64,000 bases of DNA from Flaccisagitta enflata (taxonomy: Eukaryota): NCBI GenBank assembly GCA_965153355.1, contig OZ231126.1, forward strand, positions 32,488,001 through 32,552,000, given 5' to 3'. Under the pieces are notes generated by a model that had not been told where the DNA came from, did no database searches, and saw only the letters and a program-made list of their open reading frames with translations. How positions within the stretch are numbered: the first letter of the stretch is position 1; each line of letters begins with the position of its first letter. Positions 39,221 through 51,600 of this stretch are shown here, one piece after another. A program made the translations under genes and the position numbers.

Positions 39221-42200
39221 CTTATGGGACCGCCGGCATTCTATACCAAGGTACTGAATTATATGAAAGTTGGACAACATTACTACTCCACACTATATAA
39301 AGGACAAGAGCCTTTGGAGCTCTTAATGGTGTTTAATCCGGACCCATCACAACTATCCTTAAAATTTCTGAAAAAAACTTTCCTTTTCAGAATTTATCAC
39401 AAGACTTTTCAAAAGATATGTACCATTTAGAAAAGGGTCACCAATTCCTGTCTAAGCTTGAGATATGTAGACCACAAGAAAACACCTGATAAATATGGCC
39501 GACCGAAGGAGACCATATCCATCTGGGCACCTTCTCACACTCCCCATATACCAAAAATAGCAACTGAAACTCTCTCCCTCCTGAAACAACACTCATGAAA
39601 TATCCTACGTCAACCCCAAATTTTCAAACTTAAAAACTGTAGTATTCATCCCAATGTTACAGAAAAACAAATCACCTGAGGATGTATTAGATATCAAAAG
39701 ATAAGCTAACCACCAGAGGCGATGCTGTAAAAAACCATACCCTTCGAGGTAAGAATCGAGGATCAACCTTATGGGACCGCCGGCATTCTATACCAAGGTA
39801 CTGAATTATATGAAAGTTGGACAACATTACTACTCCACACTATATAAAGGACAAGAGCCTTTGGAGCTCTTAATGGTGTTTAATCCGGACCCATCACAAC
39901 TATCCTTAAAATTTCTAAAATTTCAGAATTTATCACAAGACTTTTCAAAAGATATGTACCATTTAGAAAAGGGTCACCAATTCCTGTCTAAGCTTGAGAT
40001 ATGTAGACCACAAGAAAACACCTGATAAATATGGCGGACCGAAGGAGGCCATATCCATCTGGGCACCTTCTCACACTCCCCATATACCAAAAATAGCAAC
40101 TGAAACTCTCTCCCTCCTGAAACAACACTCATGAAATATCCTACGTCAACCCCAAATTTTCAAACTTAAATACTGTAGTATTCATCCCAATGTTACAGAA
40201 AAACAAATCACCTGAGGATGTATTAGATATCAAAAGATAAGCTAACCACCAGAGGCGATGCTGTAAAAAACCATACCCTTAGGAGGAATCGAGGATCAAC
40301 CTTATGGGACCGCCGGCATTCTATACCAAGGTACTGAATTATATGAAAGTTGGACAACATTACTACTCACACTATATAAAGGACAAGAGCCTTTGGAGCT
40401 CTTAATGGTGTTTAATCCGGACCCATCACAACTATCCTTAAAATTTCTGAAAAAAACTTTCCTTTTCAGAATTTATCACAAGACTTTTCAAAAGATATGT
40501 ACCATTTAGAAAAGGGTCACCAATTCCTGTCTAAGCTTGAGATATGTAGACCACAAGAAAACACCTGATAAATATGGCGGACCGAAGGAGGCCATATCCA
40601 TCTGGGCACCTTCTCACACTCCCCATATACCAAAAATAGCAACTGAAACTCTCTCCCTCCTGAAACAACACTCATGAAATATCCTACGTCAACCCCAAAT
40701 TTTCAAACTTAAATACTGTAGTATTCATCCCAATGTTACAGAAAAACAAATCACCTGAGGATGTATTAGATATCAAAAGATAAGCTAACCACCAGAGGCG
40801 ATGCTGTAAAAAACCATACCCTTAGAGGTAAGAATCGAGGATCAACCTTATGGGACCGCCGGCATTCTATACCAAGGTACTAAATTATATGAAAGTTGGA
40901 CAACATTACTACTCCACACTATATAAAGGACAAGAGCCTTTGGAGCTCTTAATGGTGTTTAATCCGGACCCATCACAACTATCCTTAAAATTTCTGAAAA
41001 AAACTTTCCTTTTCAGAATTTATCACAAGACTTTTCAAAAGATATGTACCATTTAGAAAAGGGTCACCAATTCCTGTCTAAGCTTGAGATATGTAGACCA
41101 CAAGAAAACACCTGATAAATATGGCGGACCGAAGGAGACCATATCCATCTGGGCACCTTCTCACACTCCCCATATACCAAAAATAGCAACTGAAACTCTC
41201 TCCCTCCTGAAACAACACTCATGAAATATCCTACGTCAACCCCAAATTTTCAAACTTAAAAACTGTAGTATTCATCCCAATGTTACAGAAAAACAAATCA
41301 CCTGAGGATGTATTAGATATCAAAAGATAAGCTAACCACCAGAGGCAATGTTGTAAAAAACCATACCCTTAGAGGTAAGAATCGAGGATCAACCTTATGG
41401 GACCGCCGGCATTCTATACCAAGGTACTGAATTATATGAAAGTTGGACAACATTACTACTCCACACTATATAAAGGACAAGAGCCTTTGGAGCTCTTAAT
41501 GGTGTTTAATCCGGACCCATCACAACTATCCTTAAAATTTCTGAAAGAAACTTCCCTTTTCAGAATTTATCACAAGACTTTTCAAAAGATATGTACCATT
41601 TAGAAAAGGGTCACCAATTCCTGTCTAAGCTTGAGATATGTAGACCACAAGAAAACACCTGATAAATATGGCGGACCGAAGGAGACCATATCCATCTGGG
41701 CACCTTCTCATACTCCCCATATACCAAAAATAGCAACTGAAACTCTCTCCCTCCTGAAACAACACTCATGAAATATCCTACGTCAACCCCAAATTCTCAA
41801 ACTTAAAAACTGTAGTATTCATCCCAATGTTACAGAAAAACAAATCACCTGAGGATGTATTAGATATCAAAAGATAAGCTAACCACCAGAGGCAATGCTG
41901 TAAAAAACCATACCCTTAGAGGTAAGAATCGAGGATCAACCTTATGGGACCGCCGGCATTCTATACCAAGGTACTGAATTATATGAAAGTTGGACAACAT
42001 TACTACTCCACACTATATAAAGGACAAGAGCCTTTGGAGCTCTTAATGGTGTTTAATCCGGACCCATCACAACTATCCTTAAAATTTCTGAAAAAAACTT
42101 TCCTTTTCAGAATTTATCACAAGACTTTTCAAAAGATATGTACCATTTAGAAAAGGGTCACCAATTTCTGTCTAAGCTTGAGATATGTAGACCACAAGAA

Positions 42201-43060
42201 AACACCTGATAAATATGGCGGACCGAAGGAGACCATATCCATCTGGGCACCTTCTCACACTCCCCATATACCAAAAATAGCAACTGAAACTCTCTCCCTC
42301 CTGAAACAACACTCATGAAATATCCTACGTCAACCCCAAATTTTCAAACTTAAAAACTGTAGTATTCATCCCAATGTTACAGAAAAACAAATCACCTGAG
42401 GATGTATTAGATATCAAAAGATAAGCTAACCACCAGAGGCGATGCTGTAAAAAACCATACCCTTAGAGGTAAGAATCGAGGATCAACCTTATGGGACCGC
42501 CGGCATTCTATACCAAGGTACTGAATAATATGAAAGTTGGACAACATTACTACTCCACACTATATAAAGGACAAGAGCCTTTGGAGCTCTTAATGGTGTT
42601 TAATCCGGACCCATCACAACTATCCTTTAAATTTCTGAAAAAAACTTTCCTTTTCAGAATTTATCACAAGACTTTTCAAAAGATATGTACCATTTAGAAA
42701 AGGGTCACCAATTCCTGTCTAAGCTTGAGATATGTAGACCACAAGAAAACACCTGATAAATATGGCGGACCGAAGCAGACCATATCCATCTGGGCACCTT
42801 CTCACACTCCCCATTTACCAAAAATAGCAACTGAAACTCTCTCCCTCCTGAAACAACACTCATGAAATATCCTACGTCAACCCCAAATTTTCAAACTTAA
42901 AAACTGTAGTATTCATCCCAATGTTACAGAAAAACAAATCACCTGAGGATGTATTAGATATCAAAAGATAAGCTAACCACCAGAGGCGATGCTGTAAAAA
43001 ACCATACCCTTAGAGGTAAGAATCGAGGATCAACCTTATAGGACCGCCGGCATTCTATAC
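39221..43060 (+). repeat. Tandem array of seven ~547-bp units plus a terminal partial unit
   Basis: atgggaccgccggc at 39224, 39771, 40304, 40850, 41397, 41944, 42491, and variant ataggaccgccggc at 43038. Confidence 0.98.
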
Positions 43061-43331
43061 TTTTTGGTCTGTGCTTCCATCCGCCCCTCCATCACAATTG
43101 TAATTCTAGCGTTTTTGGCGTTACTGCTTCTGCCAAAGCGCCTGAATGACCTCTTACATCACTGCCCCTGCCCAACTGTGCGCGACTAAGGCTGCCGTGT
43201 ACCCGGCCTTGCTTTTCAGCTGGGAAATTTCGATCTGTTATCAGCTTTTTGACAACTGTAATCACATATAACTAACTGAGCTACTTTCCGTGTTTGAATA
43301 TCATCTCCCTGAATCTATCTATCCCGTTCGC

Positions 43332-43873
43332 TTTTTGGGAAGTGGCCACGAAGGGGACAATGTCCTGTAGAACACAGGGGACTTTTGTTCGTTTGTTTCA
43401 TTGTTTGCTCATCCCCCCCCTAGCCTAGGGAGTCAAATTCCAGCCTCCAGGCTCAAATCCTAGCTTCCAGGCTCAAATCCCATTCTCAAGGCTTAAATCC
43501 CAGCCTTGGGGCTCAAATTCCAGCCTTGAGGCTGAAATATTAGCTCTTAGGCTAAAATCCCAGCCTCAAGTCTCAAATCCCAGCCTCGAGGCTCAAATCC
43601 CAGCCTTGAGGCACAAAATCCAGCTTAAGGCTACAATCACAGCCTTGAGGCTTAAATCGCAGCCTCAAGGCTCAATTCCAGCCTCGAGTCTCAAGGCTTA
43701 AATCTCAGCCTTGAGGCTCAAATCCCAGGTTTGACAAACAAATGAAGGAATGTGTTCTACAGGACATCATCCCCTTTGGGGCCGCTGCCCTGCTAACCAT
43801 CACCTACAGTCACAAACATACTAAGCAGGGCAACCGGTATCGCTGACCACATATTGCCCTTGGGCGACCTGTT
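43332..43873 (+). mobile_element. Family A short element
   Basis: Same inverted repeats, minisatellite and tail as 15134-15653. Confidence 0.7.
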
Positions 43874-44199
43874 GTATTTTTTTCTCCTACTATCTAAGAA
43901 ATGAAAAGGTTTCCACCTGTAACATTAGTTCATTTAATGACATAGAAATGAACACAGATCAATTGCGAAACCTATGAATATTTTTTATTAGCCTCCATTG
44001 GCTGTATCACTGCCGCCATTCATCAGAGAAGCAGTTTGCAAAGCTTCCCTCTGGAGTGATGGCGTTCCAGACCTTTCTAGGGATTTTCTTGATCTTTGCT
44101 TTTGCTACGTTTAAACCTATAGCTCCAAAGAGATTCAACAAATCATGAAAAAAATTAGTGACATAAATGTAGCCCCTTCTAGTCTGAGATATACATGTA

Positions 44200-44533
44200 C
44201 CGTATTTTTTCTAAAAAGCGCCCCCCCCTCCAAAAAGCGCCCCCCCTCTTTTTCTTTAGTGTTATATTTTTCAGAAGAGATTTGAAAAGAAATATTGAGT
44301 AAAATGATGTTATAAAACAACACAATGAGCCAGTTTCAAAGACTTTCAAACAGATATATGCAAGGAATATTTCCATTTTGAGTCAGATTTAACATTTTAG
44401 TAGCCTTTCATGAAAAAGATAAACTGAATGATGGTCCATTTACATTATAAAGGGGGCACTAATTGGAGGGGTAAAAAGCCAAGTTTTATTTCAATTTCAA
44501 AAGCGCCCGGGGCGCTTTTTAGAAAAAATACGG
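44200..44533. mobile_element. TA-flanked CCGTA-terminal MITE
   Basis: TA|ccgtattttttctaaaaagcgcccc ... ggggcgctttttagaaaaaatacgg|TA. Confidence 0.9.
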
Positions 44534-44697
44534 TAATCGTGCGGAAACCTTTTTATTTCTAAGATGGTATTGCTGAAGTTGAAGAATTACCAAAGCTTTT
44601 TTTTGTGTGTTCTCTAAATCTTTGTTATGTATACATATACCGAAACACTTGAATACGAAGACAAAAAGAAATTATCTAGAGAGACAGAGAGAGAGAC

Positions 44698-44758
<61 letters not shown>

Positions 44759-44775
44759 GAGAGAGAGAAAACTGC

Positions 44776-45113
44776 TATATGAAAGTTGGACAACATTACT
44801 ACTCAACCCCACTTTAACAAAGGATGAGAGCGTTTGGAGCTCTCAATGGTGTTTAATCCGGACCCATCATAACTATCCTTTAAATCTCTGAAAAAACATT
44901 CCCTCTTCAGAAATTACCACAAGACTGGTCAAAAGTTATGCAACATTCAGAGAAAAGTCACCAACTTCTTTCTATACATGAGATATGCAGACCACAAGAA
45001 AACACTTTATAAATATGGCTGGCCGAAAGGAGACCGTATCCATCTGGGCACCTTCTCATACTCCTCATATACCAAAAATAGCAAGAAACTGAAACTCTCC
45101 TCTTCCTGAAACA
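44776..45113 (+). repeat. Diverged partial copy of the 547-bp unit followed by an A-tract
   Basis: tatatgaaagttggacaacattactactc...cctgaaacaa, then A-run 45122-45144. Confidence 0.9.
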
Positions 45114-45240
45114 AGCCTCTCAAAAAAAAAAAAAAAAAAAAAAACTTGTGTCAACCCAACAACATCTCAACACTGACTCACAGTTCCATTTTCTGGCCGG
45201 TCTCAGCTTGTGGCGCAAAATTGGAAGTTTTCCCACTAAC

Positions 45241-46000
45241 TTAGTGGGTAAGTTGATGTTCTTTGAGGTTTCCTCCATGCGTAAACTGATGACCACACTC
45301 AGTGCATTTGTGGTTCCTCTTTCCAGTCGTTTGGTGAATAAGTTTGTGCAGCTTCAAATAACTCTTTGATTTGAACTGCTTACCGCACTCATCACATCCG
45401 TGGTATTCTGATGCTTGATGAATCTTCTTGTGACGGCGTAGGCTGTTTTTATCTACATATTGTTTTCCTCATTCTAAACATTGAGCTGGCTCTCTTGTTC
45501 TTTTACAAATGTGTGATTTGATTCTAGACTGTGTAGTGAAAAGGAGCCCAATCTCCGCACTGATACAGCTTTTCTCCATGACTCCTCTCATGTCTGACAA
45601 GGTTCCCCTTGATTATATAAAGCTTTTCACAAAATTTATATTTGAATTCTTTGTCTCCGTCATGGAGTTTTTTTATGAATCTGCAGATTTGACTTTTCAG
45701 AACATTTCTTCCCGCATTTGTCACATTCAATAGGTTTCAAACCGCTGTGAATCTTTTGGTGCGTTCTGAGCCTAACGTTGGTTGGGAACTTCTTTTCACA
45801 CTCGGGGCATTCAAATGGTTTCTCTCTTGTATGGGTTTTTGTATGTTTATCCAGCAGGGACTTTTGATTAAACTTTTTTTCACATTCTGCACATCCAAAT
45901 GAATTTATCCTATTGTGAACTTGTTCATGATTGTGAAGGTAACGACCGAGAGCAAAACATTTCCCGCATTCTTGACACTCATGAAACTTTTTGCCCATGT
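45241..46000 (-). pseudogene. C2H2 zinc-finger pseudogene, 3' part
   Basis: MGKKFHECQECGK..HTREKPFECPECEKKF..; frameshift near 45670, further fingers to TAA 45241-45243. Confidence 0.9.
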
Positions 46001-46913
46001 TATAAATTACGCCCACGAGTTTCAACTGGCACTGTCTATGAGCGTCTATCTGACTGACGACTTGTGGTGAAAGAAAGTTGGCCGATTGGAAAATAGGAAG
46101 GCGATCGTCTCGTTTATTCCATAAAAATTTCAACAACTGAAGAGAGGGGAAAAAATGAAAGGGAAAGTGGGCGTTAATGGTGATCAGCAAACGCAAAAGA
46201 TAACATGAAATCGAGATAGGACACAATAAAGGACAGAAACAGCACATGACAACATGTTCATCTTCTTCAGAGCCCATGCCACCTGATAATACCTGCCCCT
46301 GCCCCGGCCCATCCCATTAAATTCATCCATATCATCCCCATAGTAAGCTGATCGGGCAAGCGATAAAAACCATGCTAAAATCCGGCGATAAAAATGCAAA
46401 AATGCAAAAGACAAGAATAACAGACCGGAAGACAAGATAAAAACAACGTTAATAAAAGCAAAGACGCGTCTATAAAACTTACTTTTAGGCCCACTTTCGT
46501 TGGTTTCAACCCACAGTCTGTCGATGTCAAACTAACGTTAATTGTCCGTTCATAAGTTTATCTGCAATAAAAAGATGAGAGATTATTGAAATTAGTGAAT
46601 TCCAAGGGCGCATTCAATCAATCACGAAAAATCAATCAATCACTTTAGGAAGCAATGCCGTAAATAAATAAAACGATCAATCCAAAAGTGGATGACACGA
46701 AGACGAGTTACGTATGTTTGTCTACGTAATAAAAACAAATGGCACAAAATACAAGGCGCAACCATATGGTTACCCATCTAGCGTTCATTATAAAAAATGG
46801 CAAGAAACAAAAGACGCTGGCATTGAATAATAGGAAAAGAAGAAAAGCCAAAAGCACGCAAAAGAAACAAAAGCACACATACTTAATAAACGGACGGACA
46901 TACATTTCTAACA
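46001..46913 (-). repeat. 3' LTR (913 bp)
   Basis: Direct repeat of 58169-59080; about four differences seen by eye. Confidence 0.97.
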
Positions 46914-47529
46914 TTCTGCCCCATTTTTGGAATTTCACGAATTTCAAAAATCCGACATCTAGTTTCCAGTCGGGGAAACCCTACTAAAAAACCGATACTA
47001 CCTTCCTTAAAAAAAAATTTACATAGACACAACCCCCGCCCCTCCCCCCCCGTCCACCGCCTCTTACATCCCCACCCTAACTATCAACAGATCGACGACT
47101 GCACGAATGATGATTCCCGTCCGGAAAGGATCCACCACCAGCAAATTTTCGACGATCAACGATGACGCGGATGGAGACGAGGCGGCGACGAGGAGGTTGA
47201 GGCGCCCGTTCTGAAAAAGTTAAAGGGAAGGGGGGGGGAAGGGGAACGGGCCTTGGAGCACTCCAAGCCTGGGATTTGACTTGAGAGTGGAAAATAATAA
47301 GTGGGGGCATACTACTAAAACATGTCATACGAAAGTATTCGTAATAATGACTAAAAAGACCATGTCTAAAACAAACACAACAAAAATGTACATGTTCCAA
47401 GGAACCAAACAAAACAAGACAAAATAAATAAGTTACTAACTATATATAAAAACGAATCTGTAAGGAAAAAAATTAGTAAGCATCATGGAACGACCACATC
47501 ACCTGCGCCTTCTCCATTACAGAGACGAG

Positions 47530-50100
47530 CGGGTCACTCCGGAGGCTCCAACACCTCGTCAGTCCGTGGGCGAAAGGCGATGAATGATGTCGTCAACGGC
47601 GACCGCATCGAAAGGCGCAGGTGGTGCAGCCGTCTGAGAATGTATCCTCCCCGAAGGGAAGAAAAAGAAAGAGAAAGAATAGGGGCAGATTGATTAGTAA
47701 AGTTCTTATCGTACACAGATTCAAATTTACCACAAAAACTCAACTTCAACCCTTCCCAAACCATGATACTTACGCGGGCGTTTTTCGCAGGCCCCGGGCG
47801 GACGTCATTCCCACGCCCGGGTGGCGCCCCGACTTGGCCGGCCTGTCCATCGATGGGATGAGGATGTGATGGTGGAATACGATCCTCAGCGAATGGCGGC
47901 GCTCTCACGCCATGTTGCAAATTGGTAGTTAAATTGAACAGCAACTGGGCGTGGCACCAATCAGTATTTAACTGGCGGTCTGATTTTTCCAAGGCCTGGT
48001 TCGATTTTTCTTATTTCCAGGCTTGGGAGCGTCTTTTTGCGACAGGATCTGCTGACCGACTTTTTCTGCAGGAGAAGACGCTGGAGGTGGAGATGCTGCA
48101 TCGCAATTCGGCGCCAGTCGAAATTTAGGGCGCACAGCGGACGCAGTTGTGAGTCGACGGCCATAGCCGCCTTTGCGCGTTCCACAGCTTCCTCTTTCTT
48201 CTTAGCCTTCATCGCACAGGCCTGCTTCTCTTTTCAAGCTGCTTCTCCAGTTCCACGACTCGCTTATTGCCTTTGACCACCTCATTGTCCGCAGCCATTG
48301 CTGCTTGACGAGCATCGTCTCTCTCCTTTTGGATATTTCGACGAATCCTCTCGTCTAAGACTTGACGAGCCGCTTCAACTCGTTGACGCGGAGGAAGCGA
48401 CGCGAAGAAGTCTTTTGGAAGCCTTGATGCTAAATTCTTCACCACACCCAATGGAGCATTTGAGGTCAGTGAAGAGGCTCTCGTAGCAATGACTGATGTG
48501 GTGTCCATGCGCAGGATCAAAGGCTGGATCCGACAGAGGGCGGGTTTTGCACTTGCTGCAGACCTTGGGCAGACTCTGTTTGCTGACGAGGCGCTACACC
48601 AGCTTTAACAGATGCTGAAGCACCGCCAACTAGTTCGCTTCCTACCGCTGCTTTTGACGGCTGCGAGTGAAAGGAAGACGCTCCCGTCTGCTGACCAGAG
48701 ACTTGAGGTTTAACAGCGGACGCCGAAGCACCGCAAGTAGAACCTCCCTTGGTTGCTGCTTTATGCTTCTTCCCAGCTCTCTTGGTCTTCTTCCCTTTTG
48801 CTGCAGCTGCCCAGCGCCTGATTCAGCTTCTGAGGTTGCTGCCAACGTTGCCGTCGACGAACCATGAAGCTTCTCCTTGGCCTTTGGCGTTACTGCTGCA
48901 GGCGCGCCTGGAGCGCGAGAGGACCTTTGCTTTTGGAATCTGGCCCTTTTTGTTGACTCGGCACATTGCGCTTTTGTGGAGTCTTTCCCCGACATGACCT
49001 CTTCGATTGTTGTGAGGAGTGATGTCACGAGGACCCTGTTGCTGCTGATTTGGGGGATGAACCAATCCAGGGCGCGATTGACGACTTCCTGATGCTGTAG
49101 AATGAATTGCCGCTGATGTAGCTGCGGCTGCGTCGAGCACAAATACCGCTGGTGGAGTTGCGGAAGCGCCGACGGAAGTTGCTGCAGATGAGGCTTCGGA
49201 GCCGCATTCTTCCTCTTCGTCGCCTGGACCATGCGACGAACCTCCTTATCATGCTCCCTCCTTCTTTTATTACTTTGGATTTTACGCTCCAGAGTCTCCG
49301 AGCCAAGCTCTGTTTGATTAGCCGAAGAGCGCATAAGAGTTTGTTTGTTGCAGCACACCGAAAGTTTTTCAAACTCTTTGAAGAGGAGAGATACTTCGAC
49401 GTCCGGACTGATGGTACGATACCACCAACGTGCCTGCATCCGTTGGTGCTTCTCTTCCGGCGTCGCAGTGTCCACTTCCGGGTCAATGTCTTTCTCCACC
49501 GCCTCCCCATTCACTAACACCTCCTCCTCTGTTTCCATCCCCTCCTCCTCCACTCTTGCTCCATCATTGACCGATCTCTCTCTCTCTTCGCCCCCGCTGC
49601 GTTGACGTGCAGCTGCAGCGCTTGATCACGAGGCGCTGGGCGACCGAAATCAAGGCAAAATTGGCGAGGCGATAGGGCAAATCCGATGATGATGGCGCGC
49701 CGCGAAGTGGTGGATAAGTCCGTCGGCGGCCGATTGATCGAAATCCGCCTCGAACCTCCATCTTTGATGACCACCAATGGAGAAAGCGGCGGATCAGCGG
49801 CGTTGGATGGCTGTTGGCGTTTTTCAACGCATCATCTTGTTGGCGCTTTTTGTCGCCATTTTGCGTCTCACGGCGGAGCGCAGGTCGCCATTGAAGGCTG
49901 CCAACGCGACAGCCTCCTCCTCCGCCGCTTGAAAGAGCGTCGTGGATGCAGATCCTTCGAGTAGAGCCGTCGCTGAAGAGCCGATGAAGATCAAGATCAC
50001 GTCAGCGTCGACACGTCGGCCTCTGCCTCGAGCCGCTGCTGACGGGACATCTTGACTCCCAGTGCGACTTCAAGATGCGAACTGACCGTAGATGGAATGG
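47530..50100 (-). pseudogene. Frameshifted accessory coding region downstream of integrase (acidic segment, Cys/His motif, coiled coil)
   Basis: GC-rich overlapping minus-strand ORFs 48642-49553, 48209-48520, 47961-48212; CSKC-x13-HGHHISHC-x9-CSIGC at 48444-48560. Confidence 0.55.
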
Positions 50101-50391
50101 CGTCGTCAGCGGAAGCTTTGAAATGTTCGTATTGAGAACTGATAATGGTAAGCGGATTTTGGCACAATATATACATATAGACAGAGCGAATGAATCAGTG
50201 TTTTGTGATGTAGTGGGAAATGGACAACATAATTAAGAGGAAAGATGAAAGCATGGATAATCAGAACCAAATATGAATAATAACAACTCTTTGTAAATAT
50301 AACAAGTCAGAGTTTCAATCACTCATATCTATAGTTACTAATGGACAGGCCCATGCGCCTTTTTCTCTCTCTCTCAAAACTTAGCGTTTTT

Positions 50392-51600
50392 TTATGAGTC
50401 CAATTCCAGCCGCACGAGCTTCGTGCGGTCTTTCGTCACGATCTTTCCATCTTGGCGCCGGATGTGAGCCCTCCGGACATGGGCTGATGATCCCTCGACG
50501 CCCATGACACGTCCTAAACTCCAATTGTGACGAGGCAGCGTTTCGTCCATGACGATGACCATGTCATCAACCGCAAAGTCCTTCTCGGATCTCGACCATT
50601 TGCTTCGCGCGTGAAGAAGCGACAAATATTCAACCCTCCACGATTTCCAAAACGCATCCACACGCGATTGTGCACGCCTCCATTGAATCTTCGCGGAGTC
50701 GGCGTCAGAATTGACGCCTTGTTGCACCAGATCTAGAGGGGTGTGACCGGATGTTGATGGATTGAGGATATGATTCGGTGTGAGGGCCTCAGAGTCATTT
50801 GGATCATCACTGAGCGCTGTCAGAGGACGGCGATTGAGAATTCCTTCAACTTCGACAACAGCAGTGTTGAAGGCGTCGACGTGGAGGATGGCGCCAGTCG
50901 AGATGGAAGCAAGATGGCGCTTAAAGAGAGCGACGATTCTCTCCCACACCCCTCCATAGTGGGGTGTTCTCGGCGTGATGAAATCCCACCGAAGGCCGCG
51001 CCGCTGCAATTCGGGAGTTGACGAGCGGTTCCAAGCTTCCATTTCCTTCCTGAGGATATTATTGGCGCCAACTAGATTCGTTCCACAGTCTGAAGTGAAC
51101 CGGCGGATTCCTGGGCGCCTTGCTGCAAAGCGGATGATTGCATTTACCATCGCATCGGCTGACATGTTGAAGAGCAATTCCACATGGACGGCGCGTGACA
51201 CGAAACAGGTGAACACTGCGATCCACACCTTATGATCAGCACGCCCGTTCATCTTTAATGAAATGCCCATGACATCCAATCCAGTCTCTGCTGAAGACAG
51301 GCGCAGGATTGACGCGATTTGATGGAAGATTGGCCATTTGCTGATTTGCGTTCTTTTTAAAGTTCTTCTGGCATCTGAAGCACGTGTTGACGACGCTCTT
51401 GACAGCCTGAAGACCTTTTGTAATCCACACAAATTGGCGTAATTGGCACAATGTATGCTTTGCACCCGCGTGAAAATCATTATGATGATAATGGCGAATT
51501 AATGATTTCACATTCTCGTCTTTTGGCGGCAGGATGAAGGGAAATTTAGCGTCATGTGCGATGTCGGCGTTTTCCAATCGGCTGCCGCCGAATGATACCG
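50392..51600 (-). pseudogene. BEL/Pao integrase (frameshifted)
   Basis: GSRLENA, YHH..FHAG, CFRC, WIAVFTCFVSRAVHVEL, SDCGTNLVGA, PHYGGVWER, LNRRPL, W.LGRV. Confidence 0.95.

Noticed and set aside
39224-42697. Repeated 68-aa ORF MGPPAFYTKV...
   Set aside because: Spans the array junction, is broken in some units, lacks its start in dispersed monomers, and has no recognisable domain
39221-43060. Hammerhead/retrozyme interpretation of the 547-bp array
   Set aside because: CUGAGGA and CUGAUAA occur but no stem II followed by GAAA was found on either strand by eye
43062-43074. 13-bp match (ttttggtctgtgc) to the Penelope 3' region near 24680
   Set aside because: A match this short is expected by chance in a 64-kb self-comparison
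46001-46277. Cys-rich N-terminus (MGSEEDEHVVMCC...) of the 205-aa zinc-finger ORF
   Set aside because: It is LTR sequence fortuitously in frame; the same peptide appears in the other LTR
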